DNA from: Camelus ferus
Lineage: Eukaryota
Length of the DNA: 64,000 bases
Assembly (NCBI RefSeq): GCF_009834535.1
Contig: NC_045696.1
Span: 69,628,001 to 69,692,000 of the forward strand
Direction of reading: 5' to 3'
Made by a program: the position numbers and the translations under genes. The first letter of the stretch is position 1. Each line of letters starts with the position of its first letter. Shown piece by piece: positions 36,496-47,687 of the stretch. The notes under the pieces are model-generated. The model did no database searches. It was given only the letters and a program-made list of their open reading frames with translations, and was not told the origin of the DNA.

Positions 36496-38599
36496 TCTTC
36501 TATTTTCTATCTTCTCTTAGCTTGAACGGAAATATTAACTAAGAGGTGTTGGTTTCTTGGCCAGTTTTCTGTATCATCTCTCAGCTGGCCTCTGAACCGT
36601 CACTACTTCACCTGGCACCCAGAGCCACTGTGTAGCCTTCGTTGAATCCACACTTTTCTCCTTTTTTTCCTCTAAGCATTGTGTTTACTCTGTGTGTTGG
36701 CAGCAGAAACTGAAAAGGAAATGCAGAAAAAGCATCTAACGGTTTTCATAATGTAAACCAAATGTTAGTAGCGTGGGTGAGTTCTTGGGAGGAAAGGCGC
36801 TATATAAATCTGACAAATAAATAAATAACTGGTTCTTTAAATAAACTGGCACTGAAAAAGCCTTAATCTGTAACCTATTGAATGTAGGCTTGCTCGGTAG
36901 TCAGAAGTCCCCTTTTGCTCGCCAACTGTGAGTTCACTATGGCCTGAGCTCTGCCGGGGGAACCAGTGAGGGTGGGTGGGATGGTCAGCGAGAGGAAGAA
37001 GAGGTCTGTTAGGAACCATGCCGCCCCTCCACTGACAGTGATTGCCTGCCTCAGTAAACAAGAGGCATTATGTCATAGCTGTACTGTGCATACAACACAT
37101 TCTTAGAAACTTCAAAAGGACTGTGGAATGGGGGAGGGGGTTCGAATGAAGGTCAGTGAGTAAAGTTCACAGAATGTATTTTGAGGACAAGAACTGAATT
37201 ATGTTACTAATCTCTACAAATAAAAGCTGTGATTGGCAGTAAGCTCGGAGAGAATCTTTCTTCCAAATATGTTGGTTCTGTGACCTACCCTTAAGCTCCC
37301 CTGTGCCACTCTCGCTCCCTCAAAACAAACCAGGACGGAACAATCCCAGTTACAGAATCTGTTCTGCAGATCCCAGGCCTGCAAGCTTTATGCATCCTTA
37401 AAGTTATGCTGGGGGGAAGGGATGAGGGCTGCAGGCTGGTGCCCATTCGGAAGTACCTTCTCCTGAGGGGGCCGTACCAGGCCACCTCTAGAGTTTCATG
37501 CTGGAAAGTGAGAAGATGAGCACTGGGCGGAAGTGAGGTGATTGGGCCTGCCAGCTGCTCAGGCTCTGGTTACAGAACTGGGTGGTTTCGTGCCATCTCA
37601 GAGCCATCAAGGAAGTGATTTGTGGAGGTCACCTTTGAAGGTGCTAGGAAAGTGGCAGGAGTGGGGAGGGGTGAGACCGTGGAAAGCAGGTGCCCTTGCT
37701 ACTGTTCTGCTAGCATGAAGTTTGGATACTTTACAAAAATAAGTCCTAAAGAATGTCTTCATCTTTCTTTTCTGCCCGCTTCTTCAGAATTTTCTTTAAA
37801 AATTCAGGTTTACAGCATGCTGCTGGTGCCTGTATTCTAAATGTCAAGCCTAAACCCAAGTTTCAAATTTACACTTCTTCACAGACCATAGAAGGGTTTC
37901 CTTAAATAACGGCAACCTTGAATATCGCACTCCTGATAAAGTTCCACTGTAATGCATTCAGTGCCCACGGAACCTTATGGAGTTTATAAAACCTGTTTAA
38001 GTAATTGGCCATGCAGATTCTGATGCTTTTGGTGTCTGGGATCAAAGGATAACTATAAAATAGTTTGGTGATCTTCGTGTTATAAAATGATGTTGTGGTG
38101 CTGCTTTTGGTAAGGTAGTAAAGACTCAGAGGGAGGGCCATGCTATACCCTGATCTAAAATGTTTTCTCTGCTCACAAATCTCTTCAGCTTAAGATTTTA
38201 AATCTTGATGTTCTAGAAATCTGTTGGCTACCTGTTGTCACAGATTCATTCAAATCAAATTCAAATCACTTGACTAAAGCTATTAATATTCAAGCTAAAA
38301 GAGAGTAAGACCTTAATGTTACTGGGTTATATTGTGGATTTTGAAAAAAACTGATTAAAATTAGTTGTCCTAAATCCTGTATTGTACCCTGAACCTTGGC
38401 TCATACTTTCTACCTGAGGGCATATATTCACACATGCTTCTCTTTATACACATAGACTAGTGCCTTATGCATATTTCATGGCTCGAGGCCTCACATAGAT
38501 GGTCACCATCTCCAACTTCTACCCCCGTCCGTCAGTGATGACAGCTGTGGCAGAAGCCTGCTCTGTAGACATGATTTCATTCCATTATTCCAGTAGCAT

Positions 38600-38725
38600 T
38601 TTGATGGATAATCTATCCTCATGTTACAGATGAGGAAACTGAAGCCAAGAAAACTTGCCCTCTGTCACTTCCCTAGTAGTGGCATCATTTCAGGACCTCT
38701 GGCTTTCACTTTTACTACATTGCTT
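38600..38725 (-). mobile_element. MIR fragment
   Basis: ttacagatgaggaaactgaagccaaga. Confidence 0.6.
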
Positions 38726-38789
38726 TCCCACAGAGTGCACTCGGCATGTATCTGAATTTCTTGACAGCTATAAGATGTTAATTATACTT

Positions 38790-40090
38790 ATTAACAAATG
38801 CTTTTATTGTTCTGTCTTATAAAATAACATATATCATTAAATCATAGATGAGCACCAAAAAATTACCTAAAGTCATAACCACCCAAAGATAAGTAATGTT
38901 AACATTTAGGTGCAGCTTTTTCCAGGATTTTGTGACATGAACTTTTTATACTTTTGCAAAATAGGTATCAAATATAGCTTTCCAGTTTTTTACATATTTG
39001 TATATTACATCATACTTGATAGTTGCACTCAAGAAAATGGCTGTATCACAAGGTACTTAAGCAGTTCCCTTGTTAGACATTTGTTTTGGTGACCATCTTT
39101 GTAGCTTTGTCTAATCATATCTATGACTTCAGTGCTTTTGTGTGTCAGGTGCAGATTTATTAGCTGCCTGTTCATCCTTCAAGTAATTAGGAAAAGCTAT
39201 TTCTCTGTTAGTACTTTTTTCACTACTAATGAAGTTAAATGTTGTTTATGACCAAAGGATTTCTTTGGTGATTTTCCTATTTCTGTTCTCTACCCATTTT
39301 TTCTGTTGACATGTCCATCTTTTGATTTTTAAAAGCTCTTTACGTCAGCAGTATTAACATTACTATCTGTTACAGACTTTTCCTGTTTGTTTAATTTGGA
39401 GGCTTGCTTCTGGTATTTTCTACTATAGATCCCCCCCCCCCCCGTTTTTTTCTTTGGGTTTTGTTTGTAGTTTTGTTTTGTTTTGTTTTGTTTTGTTGAC
39501 TTACAGAAATTTATACAAGGAGGTATATTCATATTTGTCTTGATTTCTGCTCTTGGTATACGTAGAAAGGCTTTTCCTCACTCCGATTATGTTTTCATGT
39601 ATGTTTACTACCATGGTTTCACATTGAAATCTGTATATGAAACTTATTTTGGCATGTGGTATAAAACAGGGGTCTACTTTTCCTGCTTATTTGAAATGCT
39701 AACCTTAACAAGTAGTACATTTGGAACATACTTGACAGTTTGCGACTTCTCATTCCATTTCTTTGACACCTGTCTTTCATTCCTTGTATTCCTGTTTTAA
39801 TTATTGTGGCTTTATAATATTTGTCTGATAGATTTTTAAAATTACTTCATCTTTTAAATAATTTAGAATCATTTTGTCAAGTAGGTTGAAAAGGCATTAC
39901 GGTAGAGTAATTTTCAGTGAGTGAATGACTTCGAAGTCCTAAATATTTTCTCTTTAATTAGGTCTTTTGCTTACAGTTTTAAGACTTTATTCTTTTATAG
40001 CCTATACATTTCCTGATTATCCCTAGGGATACTATATTTTTGAATGCTATTACGTTTGAGTTTTTTTTAAACTACATCTTCTAGTTAATT
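38790..40090 (-). mobile_element. Highly decayed L1ME-like sequence
   Basis: AT-rich stretch with several L1ME-like motifs; boundaries uncertain. Confidence 0.5.
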
Positions 40091-40544
40091 TCTGGTTAAA
40101 GACTCTTTAGTCTTTAAGAATGAATTCTATCTACAGGTGAGAGAGTGAATGAACCGGTGAACAAACATAACATGTTAGTGATATTTGCAAATAATTGGCT
40201 TTAAATATTCAGGTACATAATCTGACCCAACTATACAGACTGTACATGAAATAAACATGCATGGAAAATAAGCTACCATGTCATTGTTTTGATTTTTTTT
40301 TTTTTTTTTGCCAGTCCCTGACTCAAAAGGTTTGAAGTGTGATATAATTTTGAGAAGAGGGTAAAATGTCCAGAAATAAGCATTAAATACTTTGCAGGAA
40401 CTCCAAATAAACCTAATTACCTACCCCCTCCAAAAAAAGATACTTTGCAAATAATTCCATTAATTTGAACTTCTAATCTTTAATGCTAAATCATAGTTGG
40501 TATTCATCATATTCTTAAACAATATAACTACTTTCTTCTTGCAG

Positions 40545-40804
40545 ATTTCAGAGACAACTGTCTGAACCCTGCCACCCCTTCCCTCCTCAGTCCGGAGTTC
40601 CTGGAGATAATCGCCCCAATTACCACCGGCAAATGTCAGAACCTATTGTCCCTGCAGCTCCCCCACCCCCTCAGGGATTCAAACAAGAATACCATGACCC
40701 ACTCTATGAACATGGGGTCCCAGGCATGCCTGGCCCCCCAGCACATGGGTTCCAGTCACCACTGGGAATCAAGCAGGAGCCCCGGGATTACTGCGTTGAT
40801 TCAG
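40545..40804 (+). CDS. ETV5: ETV5 exon 8 (FQRQLSEP...[12 protein letters not shown])
   Basis: cttgcag| acceptor, G|gtaagc donor; 260 nt; FKQE and IKQE SUMO consensus motifs. Confidence 0.97.
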
Positions 40805-42819
40805 GTAAGCAGAAAAATCATGCTGTTCCTTTCTTCATTCTCTCATTCATCTATCTGTCTGGTTGTTACTGAGTATCTTTAATGTGCTCTTTAATGTGCG
40901 GGGCTATGGGGAATAGTCTTACAAAGTTTGCCCTCAAAGAACTTAGGAGCTAGTAAAGCAAACATGTTTGTGTGTAATTGGATACAAAACAGAAAAGCCA
41001 TGCAAATGATAGGAGGCGCAGTGGGCATTCAAAAGTGGATTGCTGAGGTCCAGTCTCCGTGATGCCCCCTTTTTAAAAACCTGTTATCTTAGAGTCACTG
41101 GACACTGGGTATGTAATGTCTGCGTTTTAATCCTACCTCTAGGTTTGTGGCTTTTTTGAATACAACGATGCATTAAACCCCCAGTGTGAGTCCACGTGTA
41201 GGATGGGATTCTTTCTATTCTTGAGATGAGCGGTGTTCTCAGAAAGGACCTGATATGTCATAGCTGTATGGGTGCTGGGTACGTCATGGAGAAGTTTGGC
41301 CTGTTGGCCACTTCATAGGATCCCCTGCTCTATTACAATACTTCCATCTGGGAAAATTCCTGTGTCCTTCAGCTGCTGCTGGTACACACAGGGAGAAGTA
41401 TATAACATGTTAGAACACCTATTGTTTGGTTTTGGGTTACCTCTTGTCCAGAAACTTAAGCACATCAAGAAGTTTAAACTATCTTTGGGGGTTCTCTCCA
41501 CTCCCACCCACACACTCATTTGCTGACTACATATCTTACAGGCCAGGCTTATTCAGTGAGATCATTAGGGGAATGGAGAGTTGGAATTTTGCAGCTTGCA
41601 CATTTAGAAACTCTTTCCTCCTCTTCATTTCCTTTTTTTTTTTTTTTAAATAAGATTTTTGCCTTTTTGCAGTTGGTGCTAAAGGAATTTGAGGGTGATG
41701 GGTAGGTTATCAACCTTTTCCATGTGTGCTTTTCTTGAAGACCCTGGGGCAGGGGTGGGGCAGTATGTACTCAATGGCTTTTGCAAGTGGAATAGGATAT
41801 AGAATTTTCTCTTGGCCTTCTCTGAGATGATACAGGGATTGCTCAACTCAGGCAGAAATTGGTTATGGAAAGACTAGGAGGTAGGCAGAAGGGAGATATC
41901 TGTTGCTTTATGATGGAAAAATTACCAAGTGTAGGTACTGACAGCTTAAAATGTTCATCGGCATTCCTCCTGAAGGGTTTGATGTGTTTTTTTCTCAGGA
42001 GCAGGCATAACCAGCAACATTTTTCCTTTGAGATTGACATTTTAATCGGTCCTATGAGTTTTTCAGCCCATCCAACTCCTTTAAAGCAAGACCCCCAACA
42101 GATATTACCGTATCTGCAATTCTTTGATCTGAGACATGTTCCTGGGGTAAAGGCCCAGTTCCATGTGGGCTCAGCTCACTGTCTCTATGGATGCCTTGGT
42201 AACATGGTGCCTGAAGAAAAGATCACCTCAACATGGGTTTCATTCTAACGGTTCCAACATGGCAGAAGTGTGCTTGCCAAGCTGCAGTCCCCCACTCCTG
42301 CCTGTCCTCATCTTAGCTTCATGACTTCAAATCCCCTAATCTCTTTGACCCAAAAATACCCTCACCTCTTGGAGCAGAATTAGATACAACCATCAGCAGT
42401 AAAGGACTGCAAACTGGGAAAGATCTAAAGTTATCTTCCTGCCCCTCCAAACCAAAGCCCTTGAGTCAGTATAGGCAGAAGACCACGTTGACTTTTTGAA
42501 AGCCAGTTTCTTTTTCTATCATTAACTGTCACCAGATTTGATGTTAATTAATTTCTAAATTGAGCAAGTTTTGAGAGCGACATACCATTTTTCCTTCCCA
42601 GTTCTCTTGCTTGCAAGTCAAGAGTCCTTTCAGATGGCGGGTTACAGTGCTTCCCATGATACTTATTGGCATGATACCTCTTTCAGAGGACAAGACCAAA
42701 AAGACATGACCTTAGATCAGAAGAGGGTTAGGGGCTTTACTGCAGAGCTGCGGTTGGACCGATGTGCTGATTCAGCTGCAGTAACTATTGACAGGAGTGT
42801 GTACACCTGTCTCTTTCAG

Positions 42820-42879
42820 AAGTGCCTAACTGCCAGTCGTCCTACATGAGAGGGGGCTATTTCTCCAGCAGCCATGAGG
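42820..42879 (+). CDS. ETV5: ETV5 exon 9 (EVPNCQSSYMRGGYFSSSHE)
   Basis: tttcag| acceptor, G|gtaagt donor; 60 nt. Confidence 0.96.
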
Positions 42880-43307
42880 GTAAGTAGCTTTTTAAAAAAA
42901 TAATATTCAAGGAAGCTTAAAATTGCTAAGTTACCAGGCTAAGATTTTGAGATCATGGTTTAAACCTTCCTTGGCTCATGAACATGAGAGCTCATTGACT
43001 GTGATCTGCAGTTACCTTGCACACAGGGTTTGAGGCACACACCTGACCTGTGAGGGCTGCCATCAGTGTCAGTAGTAATGACCTTAACTTTTAAGAAATA
43101 ATAGCTGAATCAACTGGTTTCCACATTTCCATACAAGGAAGTTATACTGCTGTAGATAAACTGGAACTTAGGAACTATGTCACAGCTTGAGATGGAACCT
43201 TCAGGACATCTCTTCTGAACATTGAAACAGGAAAGGATTTCTTTCCTAGAACAGATCCCCCAGAAGTAGCTCTTGTTTCCTGTCCTATGCATCTGTCTGT
43301 AAATACC

Positions 43308-43487
43308 CAGAGCAGCATGGTCCCAACTCGTGACATCAGCTTCATCTGGGACTTGTTAGAAATGCAAATTCTCAGGACCCACCCCAAATCTACTGAATCA
43401 GAGACTCCAGGGGGGGCGGGGGGCAGCACTCTGTTCTAATGAGCCTTTTGGGCCATCCTGATGCACACTCGCATTTGAGAACTACTA
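43308..43487. mobile_element. MER5A-like hAT-Charlie MITE
   Basis: ttgttagaaatgcaaattctcaggacccaccccaaatctactgaatcagagact...tttgagaactact. Confidence 0.8.
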
Positions 43488-43662
43488 CAGAGTTTTGAGT
43501 CTCAGCTTTGGCTGCACGTTAGGATCACCTGCGGAGCTTTTAAAGCTTGTGTCCAGGCATCACCCAGAGCAAGTAGATCAGAAATTCTGGGGTGGGACCC
43601 AGGCGTCAGTAGTTTAAAGCTCCCAGGTGATTCTAGTACGAGTCCAAGGGTGACGACCACTG
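43488..43662. mobile_element. Second MER5-family MITE abutting the first
   Basis: ggctgcacgttaggatcacctg...aagctcccaggtgattcta...gaccactg. Confidence 0.75.
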
Positions 43663-44984
43663 TTCTCCAGAGTTTTAGAGGAAGGTTGAAAGAGCTGGTT
43701 AAGATTGCACTGGGAAGAACTGGCTAGTTACTGTGAGTGACTGGTTCCCAACAGTGGTTTCTGTAAGTAGCTGCTTCCTGCTGACTTAGAGGGGAGACAC
43801 AGCCTGGCTGCCACAGGCACCCAGGGATATTCTGAGTGAGCGCCCAGCCCTGGGAAGGAAGGGTTGTCTAGTGGACCTCTGACTATGATCGGCACAGCTG
43901 TGTGGGGCTCTCTTCCAGGTTCCCAAATGTTTCTACAGCAGTAATCGATGTCTGCAGTGGGCAGACTAGGAGGGAGTAAAACATTTTGCATAATTACAAC
44001 ATTTAGCAAGGAGCATGCTCTTAAAGGAAATATTTTTAGTAAGACATTGGGGCTGCTTACTACACACAGTATCTGGCAAGCTTGTGTGTTTCCCCCCCCC
44101 TTCTCTTTCCCGTTCCTTCCCCTGACCCCACACACATCGAAAAAGTTAGTTTCAAAGCGATCTGCATTCTTAATTGCCCTAAATTACCCTGACATGGTTT
44201 TTCTCTTTCTTAAACAGGCTTGACTACAGATGCCCGTGAAACAGTTAGTGAGACAAGTGTTTCTGATTGGCATCTGTGATTTCTAAGATAGCCATCCTGC
44301 CTTAGCGTTCACCTGGAATCTTTGCATACTATGTTCAATCTTTCATTTCGACTTTGCCCCTCAAACAGGTTCTTCCTTCCTGCCACCTTTGAGTGATTAG
44401 ATGGTTGTGGCCACAACTGATGTAACTGCTGTGCAAATTCAACTGACTTAAATTTCACTTAAACCAACAGCATCTTCCAGATGTTTTAGAGAAATACATG
44501 TGGCAGTGACTAGAAACCACAGAATACACCAAAATGACTCTCATGGGCAGGACTTTCATCTGATTAATTTGAAAACCAGACCTAGAATTTAATCTAGGTT
44601 TACATTTTTTTCCCTTATATACTGTGAAGGTATTATCCTTACCTCAGAGGAAGAAAAGCTCCAAAAATAACATGGCAGGTTTGATAGGCATGTAAAAACT
44701 TTGTAGTTTACCTGTGATTTTATAATAAAGCCATTAAAATGTCACTGGAGTATCAAAATCCATGTGGAAAGTCAAGAAATTCATAGCTTCCTGGCAGCCA
44801 AGCTAAAAAGCATGAAGTTTGATGGATTATGTAATTCTTGTTGCTAATATGAAGTTTAACAGTTTGTCACACAAGTCAGCTTCCTAGTACCAAACTGGAA
44901 GATTATAGGGAGTCCCTGAATCTGTAACTTAGTGTTGCATTCTTAAACCCTTTTTTTTTTAAACAAAGACTATAGATTCCCTCA

Positions 44985-45545
44985 TATTTATTCAAATATT
45001 TATTGAGCACTTATGTACCAGGTGCTATGAAGATGCTAAGATTTTCAGGATATGGTCCTTATCCTCAAGGAATTTAGAATACATGACAGAATTGGATAAT
45101 GTGAGAGCTTTATCTTCATAGTAAGTGCACATCGTGATAAGTACTATCTTACTTTTTTTTTTAACTATCATGTATTGCACACTTACGTAGCAGGAGCTAT
45201 TCCCAGCTCTGTTGCAAAGATAAGTAGTTCAGTGGAACAGAATATATATCAACTCATTAAACTCTCCCAGCAACTCTATAAGGTAGGAGTTATCTTCCCC
45301 AGTCTTCAGATGAGTAAACTGGAGCATAGAGAGATTAACTTGTTCAAGGTCACAGTTAATCTAAGTCCATCTGGCTCCAAGGTCCACACTCTTTACTGTT
45401 CCACACTACGTCTCATTTCTTTCTTTTCCTACGTTGTTGTCTGCCTCCACCAGTTAGGATATAGGCTCCCTGAGAGCAAGCATTGAGTCTGTATTCTTCT
45501 CCCCATCTACCCCCTTCTAGCACAGTGCCTGGCATAAATACTGGA
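44985..45545. mobile_element. Cluster of L2 (-), MIR (-) and L2 (+) fragments
   Basis: tatttattgagcacttatgtaccaggtg (L2); cagatgagtaaactggag...ttcaaggtcacag (MIR); ctccctgagagcaag...tctagcacagtgcctggcata (L2). Confidence 0.7.
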
Positions 45546-46887
45546 TTAAGTAATAAAATATACCTCCTTTGATGTAGTTAAGCAAACAAATAATGCTTGG
45601 GGCTGAGGAAACAAAAGTGAGTAATACCAAACCTTAAAACAATTTGTTTCCTCCAAGTTGGGCAGTGTTTTCCCAACCCCAGGCCTCTTAAAAGTAGTGC
45701 TCCTCCTGCCAAGAACTTGATCTGGGCTGATTGTAAAGGAAAAAAGGAACAGATTTCTCGGTGCCTTTTCCCATGGGTTTTTTAAGTCATAGCCCGAATC
45801 CCTCTCAAAATCTAATGCTAGCCCTTCACAGCAGAGTGGCCTCCCCTGCCTGCCCCCACCGCATACCCAACACTCACGTGCCTGGACCACAAGCCAGATG
45901 AATCAGAGAACAGAGCACAGGGAACACTGCTGAGCCGGCAGGAGCTCCTGGTGCTTCCTCCTGAGAAGTGTGCGAGGAAAGGAGAGGACATCCCTGAAAC
46001 AGGCTGGGCCACAGGCAGAGGTGGTCTCATCACGCCTGACTACTCACTGGCTTTGGTTTGAGCTGCTGATCTTGTCAGGGTGCCTGGTGGTCAGCGTTGA
46101 ATACATATTAAGGGCAAATGGGTGCAGAATGCCAGGCCCTCCTTCTTTTTCCTTGACCCCTTCAACTTTTTGCCCTACCTTCCTTTCATTCCCACTTACA
46201 TCTGTTGTTAGACCAGTCAGTTCCTCTTTCTGATTTGTTATCTATACATGAATCAGCTTTATTGCCAGGAAATCTCTTCAGGTCCCTTCCACAGCGTCTA
46301 GAGGTGATAATACCCTCCACCTTGCCTTTAAGATTATTGCTTGTCACAGTCCTCCACAGGCCCAAGTCTTTACTCATTTTGGCATCATTTTCTACCCTCT
46401 AAGCTCTTTCATAATTGAATGAGGTGTGTGGGCAGCCTGGACAAGCTGTAAGAACGGTTGAAATTAATATTAGCTAAAAGGAAAGTGGTGAGACTATGTA
46501 TAGATCAACCAAATCCCACCCAGGGAGGCCAACTGAAATAGATGAGATGTCTTTTCAGATACAAAGGCTTAGTCACAGCAACACTGATCCATGCAGACCT
46601 CTTAAGCAAGATGTGAAGGAACGTACCGGTGACTCAGGGCTTCCCTGCAGTCTTCGCTCTAACAGCGGGAATTGATGCCACTGACTCAAGTGCGGGTGAT
46701 ACATCAGAACACGAATGCCTAAGTCCTTTTGAAGTCCCCAAAATTCCGTCTGTCATAGATACAGCATTCACAGGGCTTAGGACCTGAACCGGTAGAATCC
46801 TGTGTTAGTCCTTAAATCCAGAGTTTTCATAGACCACAGATAGAGTTTGTTAAGCAACGTGGTCTTTCTTTTTAAATTCTCCTTCAG

Positions 46888-46956
46888 GTTTTCCATATGA
46901 AAAAGATCCCCGGTTGTACTTTGACGACACTTGTGTTGTTCCTGAGAGATTGGAAG
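46888..46956 (+). CDS. ETV5: ETV5 exon 10 (GFPYEKDPRLYFDDTCVVPERLE)
   Basis: ccttcag| acceptor, G|gtaagt donor; 69 nt. Confidence 0.96.
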
Positions 46957-47110
46957 GTAAGTAGCCCCCTCATCCAGTTTGTTGCTAAGCTGGAGGGTTC
47001 GAGACATCAAAGCACCTTAGTCAGTCTTATTAATGCCAAATTGGCGTTTACCCAAATCACCTGAAAAACCCAAGACTAAAGTACTGCATATATATCTTTG
47101 GCCCAAACAG

Positions 47111-47280
47111 GCAAAGTCAAACAGGAACCCACCATGTATCGGGAGGGACCCCCTTACCAGAGGCGAGGTTCCCTTCAGCTGTGGCAATTCCTCGTTACCC
47201 TGCTTGACGACCCAGCCAATGCCCACTTCATTGCCTGGACAGGCAGAGGCATGGAGTTCAAGCTGATAGAACCCGAGGAG
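47111..47280 (+). CDS. ETV5: ETV5 exon 11 (GKVKQEP...[11 protein letters not shown]...KLIEPEE), start of the ETS domain
   Basis: aaacag| acceptor, GAG|gtaagc donor; 170 nt; ETS signature LQLWQFL. Confidence 0.98.
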
Positions 47281-47572
47281 GTAAGCGCTGGATGCTGGGC
47301 TCAGTTGACTTGATTTGTTGATGACATTTGTTCCTGTTTAGTTCTCCATTGAGTCTTTTTACTGTGTTAAATGTGCTCTTTCTTGTTCAGGTTCTGACCT
47401 GGCCAGTGGGCTTGGCAGTTTTTTTTCTATTAGTAGGATAATCTACATTTCACGGACAGGCAGAGATCTCCACTGGAGAGTTTTATAAAAAGCATTATTA
47501 ATACTTCTGCAGTGAGGCCATGAAGACTCACAGTCAAATAGGGTCTGTTCTCTCTTAGAAAATCTTTGTCAT

Positions 47573-47687
47573 GGGGGAGGGTATAGCTTAAGTGTGAGCA
47601 CATGCTTAGCATGCATGAGGTCCTGGGTTCAACTCCCCAGTACCTCCTCTAAAAAATAAACCTGATTACCTCCCCCCACCAAAACCT
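47573..47687 (+). mobile_element. tRNA-Ala-derived SINE
   Basis: gggggagggtatagctt...gcttagcatgcatgaggtcctgggttcaactccccagtacctcc; degenerate TSD gaaaatctttgt / gaaagtcttttgt. Confidence 0.88.

Noticed and set aside
9820..47687. tRNA-Ala-like sequences as real tRNA genes
   Set aside because: They have mutated A/B boxes or stems, A-rich tails and target-site duplications, so they are SINEs
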